Source of the DNA: Candidatus Dojkabacteria bacterium
GTDB taxonomy: Bacteria; Patescibacteriota; Dojkabacteria; SC72
Direction: 5' to 3'
Length of the DNA: 53,420 bases
Assembly (NCBI GenBank): GCA_016182915.1
Contig: JACPFP010000001.1
Coordinates: 1-53,420 of the forward strand
Of this stretch, positions 9,584 through 19,844 are shown piece by piece. How positions within the stretch are numbered: position 1 is the stretch's first letter; every line of letters begins with the position of its first letter. The notes beneath the pieces are model-generated. The model saw nothing but the letters and a program-made list of their open reading frames with translations. It was not told the DNA's origin and did no database searches. The position numbers were made by a program, and so were the translations under genes.

Positions 9584-10336
9584 ATGAAAAAAGTAATCAT
9601 AACAGGTGATGATGGATACAAAGGAGTAGGGTTAAGAGTTTTAGCCAATGCATTAAGAAATGATTTTGATTTAACTATTATCGCTACCAGAGAGCAGAAG
9701 AGTGGCGCAGGTGGAAGCGTAAAAGCATATGGAGAAAAAGAATGGGGAGAAGAGACAGTAGACGGAATAAAGGCATACTGGGTAGATGGAACCCCCGCAG
9801 ATTCAATGGAATTCGCCCAAGGACTATTTCCAAATGGGGTAGACTATTTAATATCTGGAATTAACTGGGGAGAGAACATCGGTCTTAGCACCTTCACTGC
9901 CTCTGGAACCGGTGGCGCAGCCCTACGAGGATACGCACTTGGTATAGCACCAAAGGCAATTATAATGAGCTGGATGAAACCCGATTCGGAAAACGACTGG
10001 TGGAAGGATAAGAGTGAGGATGATACACAACCATATCTAGAGTATCCTGGTAAAGCTTCATTACACATAGTTAACGAGGCCATTACTAACTCCTTCTGGA
10101 ATAAAGATATCCTAAATGTAAACTTCCCTCCAAACCCAACCAATGAATATAAGATTACGAAGCTATTAAAACTTCTACCAAAATTCTATAAATATCCCGT
10201 TATTATAGAAAATAACACCTATAGGTATGATGAACAGGTATTTGCTTACGATGAAATAACAAAGAATGATCTAACACTTGATGTTGGAGCTATCCTTTCT
10301 GGATATATATCTATAACTCCTGTGACTATAGAGTAA
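9584..10336 (+). CDS. surE: SurE-family 5'/3'-nucleotidase
   Basis: 250 aa. N-terminal ITGDDGYKGVGLRVLA (the NDDG-type motif) and SGINWGENIGLSTFTASGTGGAA. Confidence 0.6.
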   Translation: MKKVIITGDDGYKGVGLRVLANALRNDFDLTIIATREQKSGAGGSVKAYGEKEWGEETVDGIKAYWVDGTPADSMEFAQGLFPNGVDYLISGINWGENIGLSTFTASGTGGAALRGYALGIAPKAIIMSWMKPDSENDWWKDKSEDDTQPYLEYPGKASLHIVNEAITNSFWNKDILNVNFPPNPTNEYKITKLLKLLPKFYKYPVIIENNTYRYDEQVFAYDEITKNDLTLDVGAILSGYISITPVTIE

Positions 10337-10338
10337 TA

Positions 10339-10424
10339 TGCCAGGAGGGGGACTTGAACCCCCACCTCTGTTAAGGAGACTACGTTCTGAACGTAGCGTG
10401 TCTGCCAAATTTCACCATCCTGGC
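10339..10424 (-). tRNA. tRNA-Leu (anticodon CAG), long variable arm, no encoded CCA
   Basis: Hand fold. Acceptor GCCAGGA/TCCTGGC, anticodon stem CTACG/CGTAG with loop TTCAGAA, T arm GGGGG-TTCAAGT-CCCCC. Its 5' end abuts the TAA stop (10425-10427) of the upstream gene. Confidence 0.9.
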
Positions 10425-12092
10425 TTAATACTTCCAAGTATTAAGAGTATTATACCTCTCTTCAGGATAGTTTATATCATCCAAAGATATATTCTCCAAC
10501 TTGTTAGAAACTATGATTGTAAACTGAGGTTCGTAAATGAAGTAGGCAGGAGCATCCTCATGTAGAAGCCTCTGTACTACATCATACGAAACCTTTCTAT
10601 CCGCTCTCTTAACCTGCGTTCGACCCTTCTCCAAAAATATATCAACCCTGTCATATGTATACCCAGAGAGATTCAAATATGGGTAGTCCTTCCTAAGAGA
10701 GTGCCACAAATCATACTGATCAGGATCAATACTCGTCTCAATCTCATATAGAAGAATCTGGTAGTCTCTTGTTGCAAGAGTCTCCTTTGTCAATCTTTCA
10801 AAAGATTGAGGATCAAGTTCAACAATAATCCCTTCTTTATCCAATGTATCCTTAATACTCGTAACCAAAGCAGTATTAATATCATTCTCAAGATATGTGA
10901 TAGATATAGTTAGAATCTTCCCATCTGTTGATTGATAGTATCCAGAGGATTTGTCCTTGGTATATCCAGCTCCCTTTAACTCTGCGTCCCCCTTCTTCCT
11001 ATCGTATTTGTAGTACGATATGGATTTATCATAAGCCCATGAACTAGGAGAGAAGGAGGAGAAAGTAGAGACACCATCTATACCTGCCCTCTCAATAATC
11101 TCATCCCTGTTAAGAAGATAGCTTAATCCTCTTCGAAGACCTGATGTTCCCAAACTCTTAATCCTGTTATTGAAAAATAGAACCTTCTTTCTTGTACCGA
11201 TAACCGTCTGCAATACATCAAATCTCTTCTCATACTCCGTGACATACCCGCTATTTCTAAGTGAAACCCCGCTGACAACATCCAAACGGTTATTTCTAAA
11301 GGCCACCTCCAACTCCTTAACACTCTTAAAAATATGATACTCATAGTTTGTTATAGAGCTCTCGCGATTATCCACTGACGATTTCTTAAGGGTAACCAGT
11401 GAATCTGTCGCCGAAACAATCTCGAACATACCACTACCAATAGGCCTGCTTGAGAAGTTGCTCTGTGCAATCTGTGAGAGGGAGATTGTTTCAAGAATAT
11501 GCTTAGGAACAATATATATCGAGATAGATTCCCAAAAGGTCGCACTATACTGATCAAGTATAATCTTAAACCTATACTTCCCAGTCTTTTCAATACTCAA
11601 TCCATCGAAACCCTGTCCAATAGTCTCCTGAGAAAGCTTGCTTGCAAGCTCCTTTGACGTTTCAAATGTAAATATAACATCATCCGCTGTCATAACCTCA
11701 CCGTCATGCCACCTAATACCCTCATTCATTACAAAGTTGTAAGTTAGAAGATCCTTCGATACAGTCCATGACTTAACAATATCCCCAACGGGAGTTCCAT
11801 TTGAATCAACCTTAAGAAGTTTTCTAAAAAGAAGCGCCTGTAAGTCTCTATCTACCTGACTCTGTGGAATGTATAAAGGGTTCAGATTATTTAATGAACC
11901 AACCGTACCCTCGGCAATCATATTGCTCTTCCCACTCGCAATTAATCTCTCGTATGCACCTGATGTGAAATAGTAGTAACCAAAAGCAAAAACAACTAAG
12001 ACAGAGAGTATGATATAGCTAATTGGGGCAAGCCCTCTGTTCACCTTCGTCACGGTATCCGGATAATTCCATAGGAAATCCCTGAAACTCAT
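10425..12092 (-). CDS. ABC-transporter substrate-binding protein, family 5 (peptide/nickel type), membrane-anchored
   Basis: 555 aa with an N-terminal TM helix. Overall SBP_bac_5-like pattern (IRWHDGEVMTADDV, PIGSGMFEI). No permease or ATPase genes are adjacent. Confidence 0.65.
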   Translation of the reverse strand: MSFRDFLWNYPDTVTKVNRGLAPISYIILSVLVVFAFGYYYFTSGAYERLIASGKSNMIAEGTVGSLNNLNPLYIPQSQVDRDLQALLFRKLLKVDSNGTPVGDIVKSWTVSKDLLTYNFVMNEGIRWHDGEVMTADDVIFTFETSKELASKLSQETIGQGFDGLSIEKTGKYRFKIILDQYSATFWESISIYIVPKHILETISLSQIAQSNFSSRPIGSGMFEIVSATDSLVTLKKSSVDNRESSITNYEYHIFKSVKELEVAFRNNRLDVVSGVSLRNSGYVTEYEKRFDVLQTVIGTRKKVLFFNNRIKSLGTSGLRRGLSYLLNRDEIIERAGIDGVSTFSSFSPSSWAYDKSISYYKYDRKKGDAELKGAGYTKDKSSGYYQSTDGKILTISITYLENDINTALVTSIKDTLDKEGIIVELDPQSFERLTKETLATRDYQILLYEIETSIDPDQYDLWHSLRKDYPYLNLSGYTYDRVDIFLEKGRTQVKRADRKVSYDVVQRLLHEDAPAYFIYEPQFTIIVSNKLENISLDDINYPEERYNTLNTWKY

Positions 12093-12101
12093 ATTTATAT
12101 G

Positions 12102-12323
12102 CTAATTGCTTAATTTGACTATTATCAATGAAAGCGAAGAGAAAAGTACCGCAAGAAGAATGGTTCCATAGTATAGGAACTTCTCAAGACCTCTTTTTGT
12201 CCTGAAAATTTCACCACCACCGCCAAACATAGTACCCAATCCCTCTGCACGATTCTGTAAAAGGACAAAAATAACAATTAGGACGGAAAGAACAATCTGT
12301 ACAATCAATAATGTATCTCTCAT
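12102..12323 (-). CDS. secG: Preprotein translocase subunit SecG
   Basis: 73 aa with two TM helices and the SecG signature VLLQNRAEGLGTMFGGGG. Confidence 0.75.
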   Translation of the reverse strand: MRDTLLIVQIVLSVLIVIFVLLQNRAEGLGTMFGGGGEIFRTKRGLEKFLYYGTILLAVLFSSLSLIIVKLSN

Positions 12324-12343
12324 ATTACAATCTTTAAATAAAT

Positions 12344-12757
12344 TTAATCATCCGAACTCCTCTTAAGTGACTCAAGAAGGGCACTAACAAAAGAACTAAC
12401 AAAAGCAACACCTAATAACGTTCCAATCTGCGATACTTTAAAAGCATTGATCGTTATAACCTGTAAATTAACCTCTTTAAAAGCACTGGAGTTAATATAC
12501 AGGGATGGGACAAAAAGTTCCAGAGCATAGAGAGCACCTCCAACAAGAAGGAAAACCGTAAGGAGGTAGGTTAGGAAGTTAATCTTCACCGTCAGAAACT
12601 TCAATACAGGTCTATGCAACATAACAGCAAAAGAAAGAATGAGAAGGGATCCAAGAAGGTACATAAAGTCTGTAGGAAGAGAGAAACCATCAAAGACATT
12701 AGAAACTGCGATGAAAATAACAATATTTAAAAACAAAGAGAAGAAGAATTTTTTCAT
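12344..12757 (-). CDS. Small integral membrane protein (about 4 TM helices)
   Basis: 137 aa, almost entirely hydrophobic segments. An AGGGAG Shine-Dalgarno-like motif lies 9 nt upstream of the ATG. Confidence 0.5.
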   Translation of the reverse strand: MKKFFFSLFLNIVIFIAVSNVFDGFSLPTDFMYLLGSLLILSFAVMLHRPVLKFLTVKINFLTYLLTVFLLVGGALYALELFVPSLYINSSAFKEVNLQVITINAFKVSQIGTLLGVAFVSSFVSALLESLKRSSDD

Positions 12758-12826
12758 TCTATGTTGCTCCCTAATTCCATATTAAGTATACTACAATGAT
12801 ACTATTATATATAACTACTATCAATC

Positions 12827-14239
12827 ATGCAAAAACTCGCTCATACTAAGATAATTGCCACAATAGGCCCATCAACATGGGATGACGGTGTGCTTCTCGA
12901 AATGATTGATAATGGCCTACAGATGGCAAGAATCAATGCATCCTTCGCTGACTTCAATGAACTTGAAAGAGTCTCAGAACAGTTTAGAAGAATAGCTCCT
13001 AAAGTAGCTATAATGCTCGATACAATGGGACATAAGATAAGGGTAACCGGTTTTGAGGAGGAAAGAGTGCTTAAGGAAGAGGACAAGATAGTACTAATTC
13101 CTGAAACAAAAACAGAATCCCCAGCAGGAACTATTCAAATTACATACCCAGATCTTCATAAGTATGTAAATAAAAATAATAAGATTCTAATAGACGATGG
13201 AAACATTGTACTTGTTGTAGAAGGCATAAAAGCAAAAGAGGTACATTGTAAGGTAAAGATTGGTGGAGTGCTAAAAAAGCGAAAGACTGTTAATGTCCCT
13301 AATGTTCATTTAGACTTTCCAACCCTTCCCGAAAAGGATGTGCATGATATTAGATATGCCGTTGAACATAATTTCGACTATATTGCAGCATCATTCATTA
13401 GAAATGTAGAAGATGTTGAGGCAGTTAGAAAGGAGATGGGGGAGACAGATACAAAGTTAATTGCCAAGATTGAAGACACAGAAGGTGTTGAGAAGTTTGA
13501 TGAAATCTTAGAGGTTGTGGATGGCATAATGGTTGCAAGAGGAGATATGGGAGTTGAACTCCCACTTGAGGTTGTCCCAATAAAGCAGAAACAGTTCATA
13601 CAGAAATGTCGAATGGCTGGAAAACTAGTTATAGTGGCCACACAGATGCTTGAGTCAATGAGAGAGAACCACAGACCAACAAGAGCTGAAGTAAGCGATG
13701 TAGCCAATGCAGTAATGGACGGAACGGATGCCATGATGCTCTCTGCAGAATCTTCTACAGGTAAGTATCCGCTTGAAGCAGTCACAGTTATGAATACCAT
13801 TGCTAAAGAGGCAGAAAAGGCTCTTAAGCCACAGGCTGTAACTGGCAGAACGGACGCATCTGAGGAGACAGATGCAATGTGTAGCACCCTCGTACATCTT
13901 GTAGAGACGTTAGGATTAAAGGGAATTGTTGTAATATCTCAAACTGGTAAAACGGTTAGAAGTATCTCTAGACATAGATTAAAGGTACCAATATGGAATG
14001 TAAGCAATAACGTAAAGCTAATAAGACAAACCAGTCTCTTTAGAGGAGTTGTGGGAATATATGTAAAACAGATTGAAACAGATAGAGACAAGCTAACAGC
14101 AAAAGTGGCAGAAATTGTATATTCGCAAGGGTTATTGGATATTAACGATAAAATAGCTATAATATCGGGAAGTTCAATTAAGAAGAAGAAACTCAATTCA
14201 ATCCTTGAAATTGCACAGGTTAAGGATCTATTGGACTAA
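12827..14239 (+). CDS. pyk: Pyruvate kinase
   Basis: 470 aa with TKIIATIGPS, MARINASF, MVARGDMGVE and ATQMLESM. Confidence 0.9.
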   Translation: MQKLAHTKIIATIGPSTWDDGVLLEMIDNGLQMARINASFADFNELERVSEQFRRIAPKVAIMLDTMGHKIRVTGFEEERVLKEEDKIVLIPETKTESPAGTIQITYPDLHKYVNKNNKILIDDGNIVLVVEGIKAKEVHCKVKIGGVLKKRKTVNVPNVHLDFPTLPEKDVHDIRYAVEHNFDYIAASFIRNVEDVEAVRKEMGETDTKLIAKIEDTEGVEKFDEILEVVDGIMVARGDMGVELPLEVVPIKQKQFIQKCRMAGKLVIVATQMLESMRENHRPTRAEVSDVANAVMDGTDAMMLSAESSTGKYPLEAVTVMNTIAKEAEKALKPQAVTGRTDASEETDAMCSTLVHLVETLGLKGIVVISQTGKTVRSISRHRLKVPIWNVSNNVKLIRQTSLFRGVVGIYVKQIETDRDKLTAKVAEIVYSQGLLDINDKIAIISGSSIKKKKLNSILEIAQVKDLLD

Positions 14240-14251
14240 GCGAGAAGGAGT

Positions 14252-14327
14252 GGTGACGTAGCCAAGCTGGTAAGGCAGAAGTCTGCAAAACTTCGATGCG
14301 CGGGTTCGATCCCCGCCGTCACCTCCA
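14252..14327 (+). tRNA. tRNA-Cys (anticodon GCA) with encoded CCA
   Basis: Acceptor GGTGACG/CGTCACC, anticodon stem GAAGT/ACTTC with loop CTGCAAA, T arm GCGGG-TTCGATC-CCCGC. Confidence 0.9.
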
Positions 14328-14339
14328 TATCTACATATA

Positions 14340-14345
14340 CATAAT
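14340..14345 (+). promoter_or_regulatory. -10-like hexamer placed for a leaderless Nudix transcript
   Basis: CATAAT lies 6 nt before ATG 14352. Confidence 0.3.
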
Positions 14346-14351
14346 TCCAAA

Positions 14352-14837
14352 ATGGGTACACCTCTACATGAAGTTGCGACAGTGAGGATTGGAGTAGAGG
14401 CTATAATTATCTACAAAGACGAGATTCTCCTGCAAAGAAGAAGCTCCAATTTAGAATTTTTCCCAAAATATCTCTCTTTTCCTGGTGGTCATGTTGACGA
14501 GGGAGAAACTGTTCTTGAGGCTGTAATAAAGGAGATATCTGAGGAATCAGGACTACACCTTAAACACAGTGATGCGAAACTAATCTTTAACCATATTGTT
14601 CATAATCACGATACAAAGGTCGTATGGTGCAAGTTTGGATTCAGATTTAACCTAACTGAAAAACCCACCATTACCAATTCAGAAGAAGGGGAGTGTAGCT
14701 GGTTTAAACTTAGTGAGATTAACATGGATGAGATGGTACCATCCAATCCAGGAGACTTTGAGGTCTTAATGAGTAACAAAGAAGAGATAACGTACAGAGT
14801 TGGGGATATCATTGATGGTAAATACTATCCTAAATAA
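14352..14837 (+). CDS. NUDIX hydrolase
   Basis: 161 aa with the Nudix box GGHVDEGETVLEAVIKEISEESGL. Confidence 0.75.
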   Translation: MGTPLHEVATVRIGVEAIIIYKDEILLQRRSSNLEFFPKYLSFPGGHVDEGETVLEAVIKEISEESGLHLKHSDAKLIFNHIVHNHDTKVVWCKFGFRFNLTEKPTITNSEEGECSWFKLSEINMDEMVPSNPGDFEVLMSNKEEITYRVGDIIDGKYYPK

Positions 14838-14885
14838 GTAATCTCTATTACCATATTATTTAAAATGTAGTAGAATTGCAGGCAT

Positions 14886-14969
14886 GCCGAGGTGGCGGAA
14901 CAGGCAGACGCGACGGACTTAAAATCCGTTTCCCGCAAGGGAGTGGGGGTTCGATTCCCCCCCCCGGCA
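14886..14969 (+). tRNA. tRNA-Leu (anticodon TAA), long variable arm
   Basis: Anticodon stem ACGGA/TCCGT with loop CTTAAAA. T arm GGGGG-TTCGATT-CCCCC. Acceptor GCCGAGG/CCCCGGC with one mismatch. Confidence 0.85.
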
Positions 14970-14997
14970 TATAGAAACAGCCCAAACTTATTTTATA

Positions 14998-15555
14998 TTG
15001 TTGAGACCTATGCCAAGCAGAGATGACTTATTGGATAATTATAGTGGAGCTAAGAGCGTAGATATAGCCACATCAGAAGCACTTCCGTTAGAAATTACCC
15101 GATTACTTGATACACACCAAAAATCCATTCCATATTTGAACAGATATGCCCCAAGTACTTCAGTCGATGAGAATGAACCTATAGTCTATGAAGACAAATC
15201 CACAGATCCACTATACTTTGCAGCCTTACCTTATGATCAAGTGAATGAAGAATCTTCGGTAGATATCAGGGGATATAGCAATTTCACTGTGAGTCTTGGA
15301 AAAGTAGATCAGATAGAAAAGGCATGGAATAAGTTAGATGAAGCTTTTGAGAGTGGCAAACTATTATTAGACTGGATGCTTAGCGGAAAACCAGAAGTTC
15401 TGCTTTTAGAGATTCCTGTTAAGAAGACTGTTGAAAGATTCTATCTATTCATGGTACCAAGAAGAGACTTTGAAACAAGGGAGTTAATCGACAGATTAAT
15501 GAGAGTTCAGGAAGAAAACTCATATACAATCACACTCAACCGAATAAATTACTAA
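14998..15555 (+). CDS. Hypothetical protein
   Basis: 185-aa ORF with a listed TTG start (alternative ATG at 15010). No recognisable motif. Confidence 0.4.
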   Translation: MLRPMPSRDDLLDNYSGAKSVDIATSEALPLEITRLLDTHQKSIPYLNRYAPSTSVDENEPIVYEDKSTDPLYFAALPYDQVNEESSVDIRGYSNFTVSLGKVDQIEKAWNKLDEAFESGKLLLDWMLSGKPEVLLLEIPVKKTVERFYLFMVPRRDFETRELIDRLMRVQEENSYTITLNRINY

Positions 15556-15613
15556 TTGAGGATTAAGGCAAAAAAAGTAGTACGATATAGGTGAAAATAC
15601 GAGTGCAATAATC

Positions 15614-15883
15614 CTAATCCGCATCCCCGAACTTATCTGGATCCTCATTACCACACCTTGGACATTTCTTTAAAGGCTTTGCACCTTCATATGTGTAGTT
15701 ACATACCATGCACTTCCAACGAGTCCACATGACATCTAAATCTTCGGGTTGAGTAGTATTCACTTCATACTGTGTACCCGTATTAACAGGTGTTGTTGGT
15801 GTAGATGTGTTACCTACGGGTGGTTGAGTCGGGATAGTGACAGGGGTTGTATTGTTATTCTGTGGGTTTAAGATATCCGCCAT
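15614..15883 (-). CDS. Small zinc-ribbon / rubredoxin-like protein with a Thr/Pro-rich N-terminus
   Basis: 89 aa. WKCMVCNYTYEG...KCPRCG gives two CxxC pairs. Confidence 0.5.
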   Translation of the reverse strand: MADILNPQNNNTTPVTIPTQPPVGNTSTPTTPVNTGTQYEVNTTQPEDLDVMWTRWKCMVCNYTYEGAKPLKKCPRCGNEDPDKFGDAD

Positions 15884-16490
15884 CCTTAATCAAATCAAGA
15901 ATTAAGTTAAAGGTTGTAACCTCATTTAATTTCGAACTATCTATTACGATATCATTGTACAACTTTGGTTTAGAGTAATCTATACCATATATTTTTTTAT
16001 ATCTTTCCCTGTCCATGTTATACCTATTCTTAAGGCTCTCCAAAGCCTTTCTATAATCATCAGAGTTCCTATCAACAACCTTACCTTCTTTTAATAGAGT
16101 TCTCTCTGCCCTAACCTCCACCGATGCCTCCAACCAAATCTTAACTGTCGTTTGGATACTGTACTTAAAACACAATGCTGCAAAAATCTTGCTCTCAATT
16201 AACATATCCTTTTGGTTTGAATAACGAACTAGGGCCATGTCAACCTTCCTATCATACTTCTCTTCCAGATTATTATCGTATATATACTTAATAAACTCCT
16301 CTATAGACATATTTATTTCTTTGGCATACTTTCTCATGAGTTCTCCCCCTGAAATTCTTCTAAGGTTGTAATACTTCTCTAGCATTTTTGATATAGTAGA
16401 GACACCTGACTTCCCAGGTCCACCCACAACAAATAACATGCCCAGACCTGAAACTCGCTTATCCATAGCTTTAAGAATCATAGTAAACAT
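15855..16490 (-). CDS. Cytidylate-kinase-like P-loop nucleotide kinase
   Basis: 211 aa. P-loop GGPGKSGVSTISKMLEKYYNL followed by ISGGELMR, resembling archaeal-type CMP kinases. The true start may be an internal Met. Confidence 0.55.
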   Translation of the reverse strand: MFTMILKAMDKRVSGLGMLFVVGGPGKSGVSTISKMLEKYYNLRRISGGELMRKYAKEINMSIEEFIKYIYDNNLEEKYDRKVDMALVRYSNQKDMLIESKIFAALCFKYSIQTTVKIWLEASVEVRAERTLLKEGKVVDRNSDDYRKALESLKNRYNMDRERYKKIYGIDYSKPKLYNDIVIDSSKLNEVTTFNLILDLIKDGGYLKPTE

Positions 16491-16507
16491 AGTATATTAA
16501 AAAAGAA

Positions 16508-17707
16508 ATGCGGACAAGACGAGAAACACATAAAAGAAAGACGAAAGGAGAACAACCACTAAGAAAGGTAGATACATTCCTTATTACATTTGCAGGGGTA
16601 ATGATTGCTTTTGGAGCAGTTATGATCTTTGATGCCAGCGTATATCAGGCAAATATCCACTTCGGTGACCAGTTCTACTTCCTTAGACAACATATCGTAT
16701 GGCTACTCCTTGGTATAGCCCTTGGAAGCGTTGCGTACTTCGTTCCATACAAACTAATCGTAAAACTATCCCCACTTCTGTTTGCAATAACTACGGCACT
16801 CCTTGTTGCAGTACTGGTCTTTGGAGAGGCCGTAAATGGATCTAAAAGGTGGTTTTCAATAGGGTCGCTTCCAATCCAACCCGCCGAGTTTATGAAACCA
16901 ATCCTTGTTCTATACCTGGCAGGAGTTCTTGCGAAGGCAGATGACACAGCGAAAAGGGACCGACTTTCAGACACAGACAAGTTCAAACGTAAACTCTTTA
17001 CCTTCGGAGTACCGCTTGCCCTGACACTTGGATTAATAGTACTAGAGCCGGATTTAGGGACAACAATACTCATTGGAGCAACAGCCATCCTGATGTTCTT
17101 CGTGTCAGACAGTACGTCCGCCCACTATAAAGGGACGTTAACAATAGCGGGTGTATTCGGGATATTAGGAGTAGCCGCAGGAGCATTTGCAACATATCGA
17201 ATGAATAGAGTTAAAACATTCCTTCATCTCCTTTTCAAAGGAGTGGTTGATGACCCGAACGGGACAGGATATCAGATTCAGCAAATCCTAATCGGTATAG
17301 GATCAGGCGGATTTCTTGGAAAAGGGTTTGGACAATCGAGACAGAGATTTGGATACCTAGTTGAAAATACAGCCTTCACTGACTCAATCTTTGCTGTAAT
17401 CCTTGAGGAGTTAGGATATATCGGAGGAGTAATCTTTGTAACTCTCTGGGGAATTTTTCTCTGGAGAATTATTAAGATCTCGCAGATGATTAACGATAGG
17501 GCGGGTTCCTTAATTGTATTCGGATTAGGTACTTGGCTAACCCTTCAAACCTTCCTGAATATGGCCGCAAACGTTGGTTTGATGCCGTTAACAGGTATCC
17601 CGTTACCATTTTTTACCTATGGAGGTTCTAATACAATTGTAACAATGATAGGTTTAGGGTTATTATTAAACATATCTAGATATGTAACCAATGAAAAAGC
17701 TAACTAA
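16508..17707 (+). CDS. ftsW: FtsW/RodA/SpoVE-family peptidoglycan glycosyltransferase
   Basis: 399 aa, polytopic. GSGGFLGKGFGQS and GIPLPFFTYGGSN. Precedes murG. Confidence 0.85.
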   Translation: MRTRRETHKRKTKGEQPLRKVDTFLITFAGVMIAFGAVMIFDASVYQANIHFGDQFYFLRQHIVWLLLGIALGSVAYFVPYKLIVKLSPLLFAITTALLVAVLVFGEAVNGSKRWFSIGSLPIQPAEFMKPILVLYLAGVLAKADDTAKRDRLSDTDKFKRKLFTFGVPLALTLGLIVLEPDLGTTILIGATAILMFFVSDSTSAHYKGTLTIAGVFGILGVAAGAFATYRMNRVKTFLHLLFKGVVDDPNGTGYQIQQILIGIGSGGFLGKGFGQSRQRFGYLVENTAFTDSIFAVILEELGYIGGVIFVTLWGIFLWRIIKISQMINDRAGSLIVFGLGTWLTLQTFLNMAANVGLMPLTGIPLPFFTYGGSNTIVTMIGLGLLLNISRYVTNEKAN

Positions 17708-18854
17708 GAAAATATTAATAACAGGGGGAGGATCTGGCGGACATGTTTCTGTAGCAACAGCACTCATCGATGCTCTTTCTGATAAATATTCGGAGGTAAA
17801 AGAGAATATTCTTTATGTAGGCAGCGACCTTGGAATGGTAGGGGAGAAGAACGGCGTAAGTATTGAGCAAAGGAGAATGGAAGACAGAGATATACCTTTT
17901 GTTACCCTTAGAGCAGGTAAACTACAGAGAAGACTTGAGATGGCTTCAATAAGACTTCTTTTCAGAACAGTACTTGGAGTTAAGGATGCATTTGATATAG
18001 TTAAGAAGTTCAAGCCGGATATTATTTTCTGTACTGGTGGATATCTTTCCGTCCCAATTGCACTTGCAGGATGGGCAGGCAAGATTCCAATATTTCTGCA
18101 CGAACAAACTGCCGCTGTAGGGCTTTCAAACGGATTCGTCGCAAAAGTTGCAAAGAAAGTCTACACAACATTTAAGTCTTCAGAAAAGTACTTCCCTAAA
18201 GGCAAGGTTCAGCTTACAGGAAACATTGTAAGAGATAGTATCTTCAAGGTAACTACCAAGGGTGAGCTTGCAAATGCAGTTGAGATTATGAAACTTAAAA
18301 ACCTACCAATAATATACTTTTCAGGAGGAGGACAAGGTTCCCATATCCTCAATACACTAGTTAGAGACATGATGAAGTATGCACTAATGGATTATCAGAT
18401 AATACTTCAAACAGGAGACAATAATGTTCTCAAAGACTACGATGTTCTTTCCAAAGATTGGAAAAAACTACCCGCAGAGCTCAGAGACAGAATCTATGTT
18501 ACAAAGTTTGTTAAAGACTCAGAGATAGGAATGGTCTTCAACAGTATAGATATGTATGTAGGAAGGGCAGGGGCAAATACAGTATACGAACTTGGTGTCC
18601 TAAAGATTCCATCCATCTTTATTCCAATACCATGGGTCACACATAATGAGCAGGAATTAAATGCCAGAATCCTAGAGTCCTACGGCCTAGCGGAGGTACT
18701 ATTAGAGGGAGAAGCTACCGCAAACAAGCTACACAGTGAAATTAAATCATTCCTAAAAAATATTAACAACAGAGAGATAGATGTTAAAGGACTTGAAAAG
18801 GAATTTTCTACAGATGCAAAGAGTGCTATTCTAAAAGATATGCTTGGAGAGTAG
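17691..18854 (+). CDS. murG: UDP-GlcNAc:lipid I N-acetylglucosaminyltransferase MurG
   Basis: 387 aa. N-terminal TGGGSGGHVSVA and a GT28 C-terminal-like GRAGANTVYEL. Overlaps ftsW by 17 nt. Confidence 0.85.
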   Translation: MKKLTKKILITGGGSGGHVSVATALIDALSDKYSEVKENILYVGSDLGMVGEKNGVSIEQRRMEDRDIPFVTLRAGKLQRRLEMASIRLLFRTVLGVKDAFDIVKKFKPDIIFCTGGYLSVPIALAGWAGKIPIFLHEQTAAVGLSNGFVAKVAKKVYTTFKSSEKYFPKGKVQLTGNIVRDSIFKVTTKGELANAVEIMKLKNLPIIYFSGGGQGSHILNTLVRDMMKYALMDYQIILQTGDNNVLKDYDVLSKDWKKLPAELRDRIYVTKFVKDSEIGMVFNSIDMYVGRAGANTVYELGVLKIPSIFIPIPWVTHNEQELNARILESYGLAEVLLEGEATANKLHSEIKSFLKNINNREIDVKGLEKEFSTDAKSAILKDMLGE

Positions 18855-18884
18855 TAGCGATAACTAATTTTAATAATTAAAACC

Positions 18885-19844
18885 TTGAGAAACGAATTCA
18901 TAATACTAATAGGATCTACAATTGTATCCGCAATTGTGATGCCATTCATTATCAACTTCCTTTATAGAATGAATCTGAAGGATGTAAGTAATGTTAAACA
19001 TAAAGATGGAATACTTGATAATAGTGTATTTGTTAAACTATATTCTGGAAAAACAGGAACTCCTAAAGGAGGTGGAATTCTCTGGATTATACTCTTTCCA
19101 CTAATTTCTCTTTTTCTTTTCGGGACAAACAGCATTAATCTCATTCTAATTGCAATAACACTAATATACGGACTTATTGGGTTAATCGATGACTCAAAGA
19201 TCATCACGAAGAAAAACTACACATTTAAGGTAGACCATATGATTAGAAGGATTAAGTTTATTGTTGAGATTGGTATTGGACTTCTCTTCAGTCATCTTCT
19301 TATATACAAACTAAACCTATCCAATTCACTCTTTAATTATGCTTTCCTAACACTTCTTTTTACAAGCTACACGAATGCATTCAATACAAATGACGGTCTT
19401 GACGGCCTTCTCACAGGTCAGACAATCTGGATCTTTACGGGAATGTTGATCCTGACAATTCTTCAAGATCAACCAACAGTTGCGATATATTACGGAATTA
19501 TGATAGGGATTCTAATTGTATTCCTATACTTCAATATCAATCCTGCAAGAGTATTTATGGGAGATGCAGGCTCAATGAGTCTTGGAGTTATTGCTCTAGC
19601 CTTAGCTATTATTTCCAATAATCTCCTTCCGTTTATAATTATGACAGTACCAACTATTATCACGATAGCCAGTTCTCTAATCCAGATACTCTCAATGAAA
19701 TATCTAAAAAGAAAAATCTTCAGAATAGCTCCTATACATCACCATTTTCAAGCATTAGGGTGGTCGGAAACAAAGGTAACTGAAAGATACTGGTTAGCAC
19801 AAATATTCTTTGTATTTCTGGCATTAGCAATTAATACGCTTTAG
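18885..19844 (+). CDS. mraY: Phospho-MurNAc-pentapeptide translocase MraY
   Basis: 319 aa, polytopic. NAFNTNDGLDGL, MGDAGS and IAPIHHHF. The listed start is TTG. Confidence 0.85.
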   Translation: MRNEFIILIGSTIVSAIVMPFIINFLYRMNLKDVSNVKHKDGILDNSVFVKLYSGKTGTPKGGGILWIILFPLISLFLFGTNSINLILIAITLIYGLIGLIDDSKIITKKNYTFKVDHMIRRIKFIVEIGIGLLFSHLLIYKLNLSNSLFNYAFLTLLFTSYTNAFNTNDGLDGLLTGQTIWIFTGMLILTILQDQPTVAIYYGIMIGILIVFLYFNINPARVFMGDAGSMSLGVIALALAIISNNLLPFIIMTVPTIITIASSLIQILSMKYLKRKIFRIAPIHHHFQALGWSETKVTERYWLAQIFFVFLALAINTL